A program made the translations under genes and the position numbers. The notes beneath the pieces were generated by a model. The model had not been told where the DNA came from. It saw only the letters and a list, made by a program, of their open reading frames with translations, and made no database searches. A DNA stretch of 64,000 nucleotides, taken from assembly GCA_003427395.1 (NCBI GenBank), contig BFEA01000020.1:2374577-2438576 (forward strand), in the 5' to 3' direction. The DNA comes from Chara braunii (Eukaryota > Plantae > Charophyceae). This document shows, one piece after another, positions 51,501 to 63,980 of the stretch; positions within the stretch are counted from its first letter, which is position 1; every line of letters starts with the position of its first letter.

Positions 51501-51934
51501 TTGCTATTTTTTTTTCTGTCATATTATAATGAGAGAAGAAGCTCTCTCCGCTGAATGGTTGACATTACCCAACCAGCAGGGCCCGTTGCGGCTACCTGTC
51601 TGGGAACTGGACGATATCCATTTCTCTGGCACTGCTCATAAGCTGGTAGAGGATTACCTTGTTGGCAGATATAAGACCAGACAGATAGGGGGTTATAGCA
51701 TGCTACGCCTGGGACCATTTCCGGGCAGTGCAGTGAAGATGTTTTTTTTATGTATCTTCTTGATAAATGCACGACCATGGCTGACCCCACAGATAGGGAA
51801 TATCGACTGCGGTCTGCATTGGGCAACTGATAAAGGTCACAGACGAGATTAGAGGAGATGAACTGTCACAGTTAACAACGATTTCATCAAAATGGATATT
51901 TTCTATTTTTTGAACGAAATAAAAATGGACTATT

Positions 51935-52270
51935 TTTTTTATTTTTTATTTTTTTAAAGAAAAAAGCTCCAGTCTATTCGTGGGGAGCAGCACGTGCTGG
52001 GAACCGGGTCCAGCGCCCCATATGAAAGTTTACATAGGATTGTGAAAATTGAGATAAATTGGCCCAATTGAGGTCGAAATTTTTAGCCTTTGAGGGTACG
52101 GCGTTCTTAAGACGCCATACCTCCTGGATTCCAGCGACGTCCATATACATCCAGGGGGTGGGGCGTTTTAAGAACGCTGTACCCCCCAAAGCTAAAAATT
52201 TTGACCTCAATCTGACCAATTTAGTCGGGTTTCAATTTCGTTTAAAAAATAAAAAATGCCAATTTTGACG
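51935..52270 (-). mobile_element. Short non-coding element with family-A tail and a long fold-back
   Basis: Tail motif at 51966-52019 next to an A-rich tail; inverted repeat at 52056-52221. Confidence 0.55.
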
Positions 52271-52727
52271 AAGTCGTTGTTAATTGAATGGCCATTTGAC
52301 AGCAAACAAAAATTGCTTCTCAAGTTTCCTCCTTGATTCCATCATGACAACCTATGGGTCCAGGGATGGTCTAGGTGGCGAGAACAGGTCAGCTATGGTT
52401 GACGTTGGTTAGGATGGCATTGTCTCTGAGATGTAATGTACTGGTACAGGGAGGGCTAGGAGTTGTTCCAGGATTAGGAGACCAGAATTGCTGATATAGC
52501 ATAGTCTTTTATATTTTTCTATTCTAATCGTCATCATCTTTAGCATCATCATCATTAGTATGATTATCTCACAGTTTACACAGAAATTCATCATCATCAT
52601 CATCATCATCATATGAGGGAAGCTGAGCCCGGTTCTCAGCATGTTCTGTTCGGTCACTCCGGGTAGACTGTGAGGACCCCGGCCTCAATCTTCCTATTGG
52701 TAATATCAGCCTTGGGCACTGGGCCTG

Positions 52728-52759
<32 letters not shown>

Positions 52760-52791
52760 TATTTTAAAAAGGAAACCTTGGAAATAGACCT

Positions 52792-54016
52792 TGCAATGGA
52801 CATGAACACTATTGCTATGGGCAACCAGGTGCCAATCCAGTGAGGGGCGACCAGTGAGGGCCTGAATGCCCACCAGTGCCACCACTAAAACTCGTATAGT
52901 AACCTGGTATGCAAGAGGTATTGGAGATGGTGAAGGCAAAAGGAAAAAGGCTCGTCTAAAGACTTGTGCAAGGAACATGAGTATGGACAAAGCACAAAAA
53001 TCCAGAATGCAAAATCACACTGAAGTCCAAGTAGTCAAAGCCAAAGCAGATAGCACATGGAACCGAGTAACCATCCAATTGAGAATGATACAGAAGAATC
53101 GTGAGTCAATGTCCATGCCCAACAGGGCAACACCAACAGCATAACCCAAATGTAGCTCTCTCTTGTGAATGGTGCCAGGCGCCCTATCTACTCTACAGCC
53201 TATCCTACAACTACAGCAATGAACAGCAACCAGACAACTTGACTACCAGCGAGTGATGATGTCAACACCAATGCCGACCTCCACCTTCACCAGGTACGTG
53301 TCCTCTTCCCCACACTCTCCCTTGTTAACCACACAGCGCCCTTCACCTCCGAAGACCACCTTCGCCCTTCACCTCTCTGCACCCTCATGCGGCCNGGCTA
53401 TGGCCGCCAGTGCCTTGNATGCAGGCAGCGCCCTACCGCCTNGCGCTGGCCTGCTTCACCTTAGCNCAGCGCTGCTCTGCACAGCNCAGCACACATGCAT
53501 CCGCGCAGCGTGCCCGCAATGNCAGCATTGGCCAAGATCCCTGCTCCCTCGCCCTGCTTGCCTATATGCCAATGCAGCGTGNGGGCNGCCTCCCTTCAGC
53601 CTGTGACCGGGACCCAGAGGCTGAAGCCAACTCGATACAGTTGGGCCCCGGGGCAATGCAGTTGCNCCTCTTTCATCNAGGCCTGTGGCCNNATTCAGAT
53701 AGTGGGCCGATTTCCCTTTGGCATTTTCGGCCTCTCTACCCAGCATGCATTGTCGGCCTCACGTTCGAGTGCCCAGGGCCTAACTAACTCAGAGGCCCTG
53801 GGCATTTCAGCATTTGCTGAAATCCGANACTCGGTGCACTCCAACCAACTGGCGTGCTGCAACTGTATGAACCCCACTTCGTGAAATGTTGGCACAGAGG
53901 GCTCTTGGTGATTTGCTGGCCCACCTTCACTTAGGGCGGGCACGAGGCTTGCTGGGGCCTTAGCCCAGAACATGTACATCATGGCAAGGCCCCTACTTGA
54001 GGGCTCAATCCTCACA
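52792..54016. mobile_element. Solo LTR related to the Gypsy LTR family, inserted in the LINE
   Basis: TG..CA ends; shares ccttcacttagggcgggcac and overall layout with 20281-21286; TSD not clean. Confidence 0.65.
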
Positions 54017-54029
54017 CTTGGTTATATCA

Positions 54030-54887
54030 TAATAATATTTAGGTAACTTTGCTCGAGGAAATGAAGTTGAATGAGGACAAGATACATGAGTTAGGTTGTT
54101 GGTGGAATGGTAAACAATGGTGCACACCTACGGATGACACTAAAGGGGGGGTAGCAATTCTCTTTCACAGGAACTTTGAATGTACACTTTGAATGTACAC
54201 TTTGAATGTACAATTTTACATTCAACTTTGAATGTACACTTTGAACGTACACTTTGAATGTACAATTTTTATGATTCTCTAAGTAGATGGTTATGGGTAA
54301 AAGCTTTGATTAATGAAGAAGAATGGGCCTTCATGTCGATCTACGCACTGGTTGATCGCAAAGAAAGGCTGAAGTTTGTTTTTCATCTTAAAACTTTCAT
54401 TCCCGATGTACATAATGTAGTCATTGGTGAAGATTTTAATGCTACACTAGCTCTCTCAATGGATTCATCTAACGGGGTTGGTAATTGGCAGGAATCCAGG
54501 AGATTCAAGGACTTCCTTGTGGACCACAGTTTGACAAATGTATTTCGTGACATCTACCAGGATTCAAGGACGTACACTTGGATCTCAACGTCCTCATCAA
54601 ACACCGATCCGGTGGCTAGTAAGAGGTTGGACTATTGGCTGGTCAAGGAGGTTGTTTGGGATCGAGTTATGGATGTTTCCATTCACTCAGACTCCCTCTC
54701 AGACCATACGTCTGTAGTGTTGGATATGTCTCTGGGAGCGTCCCTACTTATGACAATAGACCTCCCTAGGATACATATCCAAGTCCTTGTCCAAGATTCG
54801 GGGCAATCAGCAGGAAACCAAAGTTGTACGACCCTAGAATCAAAGATTGAATCGATGATTTATGGAAGGATCGGGAATTTGGGATGA
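54030..54887 (+). pseudogene. LINE APE endonuclease
   Basis: Motifs listed above; interrupted by a 13-bp tandem repeat (actttgaatgtac)n at about 54172-54262. Confidence 0.9.
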
Positions 54888-55339
54888 AGACATGATTAGC
54901 TACAATGACCAATCAGAATGGTATGATGCTGGTACTAGACAAACCATAAAAAATGTTCGAGTTTTTTAGTTTAGACTCTTTAGAGTGAAACAAATGATGA
55001 CACAAGAACCATTTAACCAAGGGTATTGGACAAAGGTATCACTGAGAGACCGTTAGCTGAGTAAATAGGAGAACTATCAGATCAAGAGGGAGGAGGAATT
55101 ATTTAAATATTCTTCAGTGAATTGTTTTTTGCAAAAAGACAGAATGTCTAAGCAATTTTTTCTGCAAAATGACAGAGATGTTTCACCCCTTTGATCCCTC
55201 CCTACCCTCAGCTAAAAGCACTGATGACATACACGCCAATGACAGACTTTTCTATGAAAGATCGCTGTCAACAGAGAAGACTCCAGAGGAACCTTTGATT
55301 CCTCTGGAAGATGACGATAGGCTATGTGGCTCCAATATG

Positions 55340-56280
55340 AGCACAATCAATCGCTCAAAGAGAGAGAGATTGGATGAGAAAATCACATTGGAAGAGCTCA
55401 CAATGGCCATGAATAGCATGGCCAGGCAAATGCCCAGGTCCTGACAGCTTGCCTGTTGAAATTTTCAAGAAATCTTGAAATGTTTTTGGCCCAATATTAC
55501 TTGATATTTTCAACAAGGTTACCAAAGGACATAGATTGGGCAAAGGGATGATGGAAGGATCAATTACATTCATCTATAAGAATGATGAGAAGATGGATAT
55601 TAGAAACTACCGTCCCATTACACTTCTTAATGCAGGGGGGGAAATCCTAGCTAAGACTCTTTCCCGCAGGATTGCAAATTTACTACCTGAACTAATTCAC
55701 CCTGACCAGGGCGTCGCCGCACGGGACATGAAATGAAAAATGAAACGAGTGCATCCTCCTGCAGAAAACTGCCAGGTTCATCGGTTTGCTATAAATAGTA
55801 ACGAGTGTATTTTGCCACCTTTCATGGGCAGATCCACTCGTTTCGTTTTCGTTTCGTCTGCCGTGCGGCGAGACCCGAACAGTCTGGCTTTGTTAGAGGT
55901 CGTTTGGTTCTTGACAATCTCATGACTATCTCACAGGCCATGGATATCACGGAACACAAGAAATCATTTGAAGTCATCCTCCTGATAGACTTTGAAAAAA
56001 CTTATAATAGGGTCAACTGGGATTTTGTGATGCAGGTACTCGAACGCAGAGGTCTAGGGTCGGCATTCTGCAGCTGGGTAAGGAAACTGTATCAAGATTA
56101 AATTGCTCCAGTGATGGTGAACGGTAAGAAATCATCTCACTTTGTCCTCTCAAGATCTCTGAGGCAAAAATGCCCGTTGGCACCCCTCCTCCACAAGAGG
56201 CCTTGTTGGATCTCATTCGCAACTCACGGGCCAAAGGTTTGCAGGTTTCACCCAGTTACCAACTACAAACTTCGGCATCG
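55340..56280 (+). pseudogene. LINE reverse transcriptase remnant
   Basis: RT domains 0-4 recognisable across ORFs 55536-55736, 55805-56101 and 56111-56335. Confidence 0.9.
55707..55877. mobile_element. MITE of about 170 bp inserted in the RT
   Basis: Imperfect TIRs of about 45 bp (tcgccgcacgg..gaaacgagtg / cactcgtttc..ccgtgcggcga) splitting IHPDQ|SGF. Confidence 0.8.
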
Positions 56281-56290
56281 GCCGATGATC

Positions 56291-57590
56291 TTTTTTTTTT
56301 TTTTTTTTTTTTTTAAACAACCCGGGCAATGCTAGCGGTAATGGTTTCTGCAGACACCGCTAGCACTCCGGGGAGGCTCCGTCTATTGGTGGGGAGCAGC
56401 ACCTGCTGGAAACCGGGTCCAGCGTCCCTGACAATTGGGGAATAAGCATAAGGAATCATGCGGTAGCTTGCTGGAAACCGGGTCCAGCGTCCCATTGCAA
56501 AATGTGCTAACTGATCTATTCTACCCAAACCCAAGGGCGTGAGTTGGAACCCAGCAGGACCACTGGGGGGCACCAGTGAATCTCTGTCTGATCCCAGCCC
56601 GCCGTTCGGCTACCACTACCATACTACCTCACTACCACATTATCCCTAGTATGTCTGAGGTATCATAGCAGAAGTAGAGCAAAGTTTACGCGTGAGAGCC
56701 GCCCCCAGAAACACCGAAACGGCAAAGACCCAGCNAAGGCACAACGAGCAGAGCAACAACAACGAGGAAAGCNGGAGGGCGGCAGAGTTCCCCCCTAACC
56801 CCCCACATATTCCTCCAGAGCCAGCGGGTGGGGGGGGAAGGGATCAGGGAACGCTTGGGCGGGTTTCAATTGTTCTGCTGGGTCCACCTTTGTCCAGTCT
56901 TTGAAGTGGAGCTGGTAATCTCGTTCCCATCCTCCTTCGNGTGCCTNTCCCTCTCCGTCATGTCNGTCATTCTCCATCTGGTCCGTACTATCCCCTGTCC
57001 AGCTGACCTTTGCGACCCAGCCCTCCCTCCTCCCCCCCAACCAATTTATACAAAAGCGGGATATAGTTCTGTCTATATCCTTCTTGCTATGCATTTGTTC
57101 CATGTTTGCTTTGACGTTCTGCCATTGCGCCATAAGCTCGTGCTGAATAAGTAGTCGTATCTGTTCTGTGACTTCCCCCTCTTCCACCCTCGCCCTCTCT
57201 AATTCCAAAATGCACCTTCTCGATGATCTAACGGTTGTCTCAGAAAAAAAGTCCCTCAACTTTTTTTATAAAGCATCAGAGGCTAAGGTCTGTCGGGATA
57301 AGTTGGTCGCCCTTACCAGGGAGAATACACCCTTCGCAGGTGACACGTTGTCGGCCCGAATACCCTTACAAGGGTATTTGGGCACGTTCTTGCAGCTTAC
57401 AGGAAGAGCGCCTCTGGTGATATCTAGGGGCGTGTCCCATTTGTATTGATTAGAGAGTATGTGGGCGTGCACTCCTGGGCACGCGTTAGCCCGACCTAAT
57501 TTGGATCGAGGACGGACCGTGAGGCACCGGTAGAGAAAGTTAGTGCTAGGGTAGAGCTTCTGAAGCGGTCGCAGCCTCGCACACACGGGC
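56291..57590 (-). mobile_element. Probable LINE 3' end with poly(A), carrying two copies of the family-A tail stem-loop
   Basis: Poly(T) at 56292-56314; minus ORF remnants 56795-57259 and 57266-57586; gggacgctggacccggtttccagc twice. Confidence 0.55.
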
Positions 57591-58266
57591 TGAAGTAAGG
57601 ACGACGTCGCCTTGACCAGGTGAGGCGGTGACTAGAGGAGGGTGTTGTCTGACTTAGTAGAGGACGATGTGCGAAACGGCGCCGTGTGGAATACTCGTGG
57701 GCATTAGGATGACCATGCCTAGTCTATAGTATGAGCCGCTGCTGGGAGCGGCACGGCCTAGAGTGAAAGTCCGGGGGTTGTCGGCAAGCGGAGAAAAGAG
57801 GGCCGGTCACAGCGGGCTATGAGAGCCTCGGGTCGCGACCGCGGCATGAAGGGGCGATGGACATAGTGAGCCAAGCGAAGCCCAGCCCCGAGGCAGCCAG
57901 CACGACATTGCGTGGCCTGAGGCGCCAGCAATAAATCGAACCGATGGCCTATGATACTCTGCTGCAGGCCGGCCTAACGGGCGCCACTCTTCATAGTGAA
58001 CCTGGCTTGCAGCTGTGCCAGGCTGGGGCTTAGCCTTATAGGTTATATCATTGAGCTATCACCAGATGGGTCTTGCGATCGAGGCTAGAGCGGAGCAGCA
58101 GAGCGGCGGAGGAATGCAAGGGCGAATTGAGGGGTTCAGGGTATTGCAGGACTATCCCTTTTGGTTTTGCTGCGGGGGGTTCCGACCGCGGGCCCGTGGG
58201 AAAGGACCCAGTGCCAATGGTCCTCTCACACATCCGTTTTTTTTAATGCCAACCTCTGAGTTTGAA

Positions 58267-58303
<37 letters not shown>

Positions 58304-58449
58304 ATTATTATCTGTTTTTTTTTTTTTACACTTATTTTTATTTTTTCTATCTGGGCGAGACCCGGTACTGGTGCCGGGACCTGCAGTGAGACCCCGCTGC
58401 CTAGTTCTGTGGATACACCACGAATGGCCCGGGCACTACTAGCAGGGCA

Positions 58450-58528
58450 GTCCTTCGGGACATCCGTTAAAATTGGAACCATGCAGAGAAGAGTAGCATG
58501 GCACCTGCACAGGGATGATATGCATAAA
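58450..58528 (+). pseudogene. U6: Degenerate, 3'-truncated U6 snRNA copy
   Basis: GTCCTTCGGGACATCCGTTAAAATTGGAACCATGCAGAGAAGAGTAGCATGGCACCTGCACAGGGATGATATGCATAAA; mutated ACAGAGA box, no terminator or USE/TATA seen. Confidence 0.88.
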
Positions 58529-58955
58529 AGGCAGGGAACAGCCCGACGCTACTGTTCTCTCTGTGGCGTATGGTGGCTGCCGTTGCTGCGCTTCCCCGGC
58601 CAGATTGGTCGTGATAGCGCTGCGCTAGGAAGGCCGGCAGGAGGAAGTCGGTGGCTGGTCGAGCTTACAAACGGAGGAAGGGAGCAAGAAAGGTGAAGGG
58701 GGAAGAAGAGAGGAGTTAGAGGGCCAAAGGAGAAACTGGGGAATGACAGTTGAATAAGGGTGAATCTGGCCACTAAACTGCGCTAGGTGCGTGCAAAGGA
58801 AACACAGGCGTGGTGACAAGAAGAGATAGCTACAGCCGAGCAAAGAGGATATAACTCGTGAGTTCTAAAATAAAAATAGGGAAGGTAGAGTGCTAGGTGG
58901 GGGTAGAAGCAGGGCGAATCTGGGTATGTAGTTAGATGTTGGGATCGAGAAAGAG

Positions 58956-59440
58956 NNNNNNNNNNNNNNNNNNNNNNNNNNNNNNNNNNNNNNNNNNNNN
59001 NNNNNNNNNNNNNNNNNNNNNNNNNNNNNNNNNNNNNNNNNNNNNNNNNNNNNNNNNNNNNNNNNNNNNNNNNNNNNNNNNNNNNNNNNNNNNNNNNNNN
59101 NNNNNNNNNNNNNNNNNNNNNNNNNNNNNNNNNNNNNNNNNNNNNNNNNNNNNNNNNNNNNNNNNNNNNNNNNNNNNNNNNNNNNNNNNNNNNNNNNNNN
59201 NNNNNNNNNNNNNNNNNNNNNNNNNNNNNNNNNNNNNNNNNNNNNNNNNNNNNNNNNNNNNNNNNNNNNNNNNNNNNNNNNNNNNNNNNNNNNNNNNNNN
59301 NNNNNNNNNNNNNNNNNNNNNNNNNNNNNNNNNNNNNNNNNNNNNNNNNNNNNNNNNNNNNNNNNNNNNNNNNNNNNNNNNNNNNNNNNNNNNNNNNNNN
59401 NNNNNNNNNNNNNNNNNNNNNNNNNNNNNNNNNNNNNNNN
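58956..59440. other. Assembly gap (N) followed by (AG)n
   Basis: N run. Confidence 1.
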
Positions 59441-59497
<57 letters not shown>

Positions 59498-62400
59498 TCC
59501 AAGTCGGTGGAGGATGCTTGTTGAAGCTAGGCGCTTGAAGAAGGTACGCGAGACTGCCTGCGGGAGGTCGAGACTGCCTGCGGGAGGTTGTGACCTCACG
59601 TAGAAAAAACAAAAAAAAAGAGAAGGGGGGGGCAAAAACTGAAATGAAAAGTATAGGAGATGTATCCGGCCACATCCGCCGAATCCCACTGAATCTGACA
59701 GCACCGGGTGGCCAAGTACGCTGGTGAAAAGGCGAAGGAGCGATGTGAGGAACGGGGACGGGACTTACCTTTCTCCTCATAGCTGGTACTCACCGCGGAG
59801 GATCGGGTACGCCTACGTACATAGGATGAGAGAGAGAGAGGTACCTTCAGCGGGGAGACCAGGGGTGCAGGTCAGTAGAAAATTGAGCAGCGGTAGGTTG
59901 CTCGCAGATGCGGGGCGGCTACCGGGTATCACTCCATGCTCAGTCCCGTCTGATTTTGCTCATCCTACCTGTGGAGGTGGTGTGAGGCCAGCCGCGGGTT
60001 CGGAAAGAGAGAGGGGGAGAGTGCCTGCTACGGAGCTGGCCTTACGGGCTGCTCCAAGAGTCGAGTCGCCGTACCACAGAGCTAGGAGACTGTAGCCTGT
60101 ACCTGCCCATCGAGTAGCGGCAGATTCAGTCTTAGTTTTGCATAGAGAGGGGCGACAGTGTTGTCTTACGTAGTGGCCATTATGGTTTTGTGGTCGTGCT
60201 GCCGACTTTCGTGGGTCAGGGGGGCTGCTGATCTACGCTGTTCAAGGTGTTGTTGATCCAGCGGGATGCTACCAGCCTCAGACTACTGCTGTTATCACAG
60301 CAGCCTACGGCCGAGGTGGGCTTTTGCTGTTTGAGCTTCAGCGGACGTAGTTGCTGCCTTCTCCTAGTCAAAGCTCATGGGACCAGGCCACTGCAGTACA
60401 TTCAGGGGCTATTGCTATTGCTATTGCTAACACCGGGCAAGTACCTCTGCTGTTGCACGCTCTACTACCGCTACAGCAGTACCAAAGTTGGCATGTGTAC
60501 CCCCCCCGGCTCATTTACATCTTCCTGGAGGGATTCAGTCTTACCCTGAACTTTTGGTGAGAGGGAGTGCTCAGGGCAGAGTCCGACTTGCTGCCGGTCA
60601 ATTCAACACCTGCTACTGATTCACTTATTAACTCGGTTAGCCTACTACTCTGTGTATTTACGAATCAAGGTAGCGGCACTCCTTATTGTACTGATGATTG
60701 TGATATAGTTCCTCAGGCTCCTCGCCTGCAACTTTGGCACTTTTCTTTAACCTGGCATAGACGTGTATCATCCCGTACGCCGTTTACCAAACTACGGCTT
60801 GAGAAAGTTGAGTGGGAGAAGGGGTCTTGGGCAGCTACTGTGGGTGAAGTCGGTCTTTCTAATTGGTAAAGCTGGTACTGAGATTGGCACGGCTGGTGCT
60901 TTCCCAGATGGAGAACCTTTGGTGGCTACAATAGGCTTAGGGAATGACTGCGCTGCTATTGTGCTCAGACCGTCGCTGCGGTGAAATATGCTACTACTAC
61001 CGTGACCCAGCGGGCTGCTGACGCAGCGGGTGGACCGTTGCTGCTGGATGTCAGGGCCGCTGCGAGGGTGGNTCCTAGCGNACCGTTGCTATTGTTAAAA
61101 GCCAACCACACAGCAGCACTTGTTAGCTATGAGGTTTTGGTTNCTGCGCGGTCTACGGCCTGCTGCCGTGCGCAGACGCNGGGTGTTANAGTGAACATAG
61201 NATGAACATGACTGGCTATATTTCACTGGGCAGTTAGCTGGGTGCCTGATTAAGTACCGGTGGTACGCCTAGCATACTGACTACTGATGGTTTGAGCTGC
61301 CATTATATACTAAGCGTGGTTGCTACACAGGGCACAGACTGAGCGATGGGCTGTGCTGGGCACTAAGTGGGGTGCTGCCGCTGCAGAGCAGGACGTAGTT
61401 TGTTGCTGTGGGCTACTATTGGGCTGGGGGGCTGTTACTATGTTGGGCACTGCGAAAGGCACTATAGCTGGGTAGGACGCGGTCCCCCACGGTGGACTGC
61501 TGCAACGGAGGGTGNCAGGCTGTGNCNACGAAGGGCCGTGTGGGACAACTGTCATCTTTAANTGTGTTGTTGGGTGACTAAAGTTGGCATGCTACTACTT
61601 AAACAGCCNCNGACTNGGGGGTTGTGCAGGCAGTTCTTGGCTGCTGTGCAGCGGGCTGAACCCTGGCCGTAAGTCCACTACNCTTGTTACACTGTGCGTT
61701 ACGGAACCAAATGAGCACTGCNGCATCGAACTAGTCCTACTACTGCATGACCCGCTGGTCCACTAAGGTGCTAAGGGGCTCAGATAGCAGAGTTNGAGGN
61801 TGCCAGTCCCGCTGGTGGGTACTGGGTTGCTGTTGCAGCTGGTACTCGGGCTGGTTGAGATTACATAGTGAAGTGTTGTTATTACGTAGGGCGTTGTTTC
61901 TCACCAAGCACNATNGCAGGGCACTANCCCCATTCCTCTTGACAACGGAATTACTGCNGCTGNTNCGGTGACTGTATCTCCACCTCCGAGGGACTGCAGC
62001 AGCAGANGGGGTNCTATTGAGGCTTGTTGGGCTGTTGTGCGACTGCTGCAGCAGGGTACCAGGCTGACCCCCTCTACTGCAGAGGCTGCTGCTGCAGCTT
62101 GGAGATTTATCAGGGGGCACAATGAGAAAGGGGAGTGAGGCGACCTTGGGGGTGAGACCAGACCTTGCTAGGGGGCTCATTGCTGCCGTTGGGGGTTCAA
62201 CAAGGGACTGCGGCAGCTGCGGTGCGGCGCGGCGTACCCTTGGGTGTTGTGACTAGTTTGGGGACAGGCTATTGCCGCTGTGGTCTGTTGCCATTGATGC
62301 AGATAGCAACGGGTTGCTGTTGTGGGGGTTGAGTTGCCATCACGGTGCGTCAGCAGGGCGGCTGACACAGGAAATGGGTTGCTGCAGAGGGAGGCAGTGC

Positions 62401-63149
62401 TGTTCGCTGAACACTGCTACTGTGCCTCACGATTGCGCTAGGCTGTTACAGCCTTTGGCTGAATAGAACACGGGGGTGTGCTCTATTCGAAGCACGACCT
62501 TTCTTTTACTGAGTAACTGCAGTCTTGAGCCCGGTGACTTTGAGGAGGGGTCAGACTCAGCAGAGGGGCTGCTGCCGCGACGCAGAGGATTGTCAGGGGG
62601 TCTGGTATTTTGAGTTTGGCTGTGAACTGAAGGGTTTATTGCGTTCTATTGGCCATCATTGCGGGGCCCTCAGGCGCATCAAGACAACGAGGCCCTCTCC
62701 AGTGAGCTGCGCGCACCTCTCTTGGATCTGAGCGTCTAAACTTTCTTCTTATGCCCTTCTCAGTCTCAGTCTAGTCTATGTTACGAGAGGAAGGCGGCAG
62801 GCGGGATTGCAACCCGTAGGTCCGCGCCAAGGCCTCTATGGGAGGCTGCCCCACCGATTGCGGGAGCTCTGCCGGAGCCCAGGCGGGGTTCTGGAGGCAG
62901 GGAACTTCAGGTATATTTTTGTTAACCTGTGTGATCCCTTCCCCTAACCTTTATCCTTGGGCTACTTGAACACAACTATGTGAGGTTATTACTTCTTACT
63001 TTTGTTATGTATGTCAGGACATGCATTGTGGAAAGCTAAATGAACAAGTATGTATAAGTGCTCAGATAAGCTTGAGTGGAGTCAGAAAGAATGAATTGGG
63101 GGAAGATGGGAGACAGGTGTATTGCATGTTTGACCGGGTCAACCCAAGG

Positions 63150-63980
63150 CTGAGCTCCTCTAAGTTGATGTGGGCTCAGTGCTGTGTTTTGTTTATGTTT
63201 GCTGGGCTGCTTGTATGGGTTTGAGGGCTGGGCCTATCCTAAGTTGGACGGACCAGTCGCTGTTTTTTTTTGGGGTTTCTAAACAGGAGGACGGACACCC
63301 TAAGTTGGGAGGTCTCAGAATCCTGGTGTTTCTTTTGTGGGTTGCTGAAAACAGAGCTGGGAACACTCTAAGTTGCGTGGACTCAGTTTTGTGTGTGTTT
63401 TCTTCTGAGGGGGACACAGGCATGAGGCTGGGCGCACCCTTAAGTTAGGGCGGCTCAGTCATAAGCCATGAACACAAAGGTCAACCAAAGTATACAACTT
63501 TGATACATACTATACGAACCTATATCATCTGACAGACCGGGCACCCTAAGTTGGGAAAGCCAGTCAGTAAGTCAGGTAGAACAAGAAAAGGAGAAAAGTG
63601 GTGAAGAATATAACGAAGGTAACCTAGGCAGGCTGAGCGTACCCTTAAGTTAGGGCGGCTCGGTCTTATGCTTATGACAAGACAAAGGATCAGAGAGTTA
63701 GTATAAACTTGTTTTATTTTCCCTTCTAAACACAAGGCAGAGTTGGATGTTTCCCTAAGTTGGGTAGGTCTGACTATCTGCCTAATAAGAGAGAAACACA
63801 TATAGTTTGTGTAAGTATCAATGGTTGTTCTCATATGATTGTCGTTACGGAGGCTAAGCGTACCCTTAAGTTAGGGCGACTTAGTCACACGTCGTTGTAC
63901 TTGTTCAGACAGATTCTGTCTTATGTAACTATAACTGTTTAAGCCAGCCAGGTGTACCCTTAAGTTAGGGCTCCCTGATG
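63150..63980. repeat. Array of 10 hairpin units with invariant TAAGTT loop
   Basis: TAAGTT at about 63161, 63240, 63301, 63369, 63441, 63547, 63646, 63756, 63867 and 63961, each flanked by inverted arms. Confidence 0.85.

Larger units (their letters stand above)
49766..56290 (+). mobile_element. Decayed L1/Tx1-like LINE with nested insertions
   Basis: ORF1 remnants with PWCRTCRWYHHHTTNC knuckle; APE endonuclease (GGVAIL, SIYA, GEDFNA, YTW, RLDY, SDH); RT (PGPD, NYRPITLLN, QSGFVRGR, IDFEKTYNRV, LRQKCPLAPLL). Confidence 0.9.

Noticed and set aside
58450-58528. Functional U6 snRNA gene
   Set aside because: Substitutions in conserved positions including the ACAGAGA box, missing 3' end, and no recognisable promoter.
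63150-63980. CRISPR array
   Set aside because: Repeats are not identical, spacing varies from about 60 to 110 bp, spacers are partly related, no cas genes, eukaryotic context.
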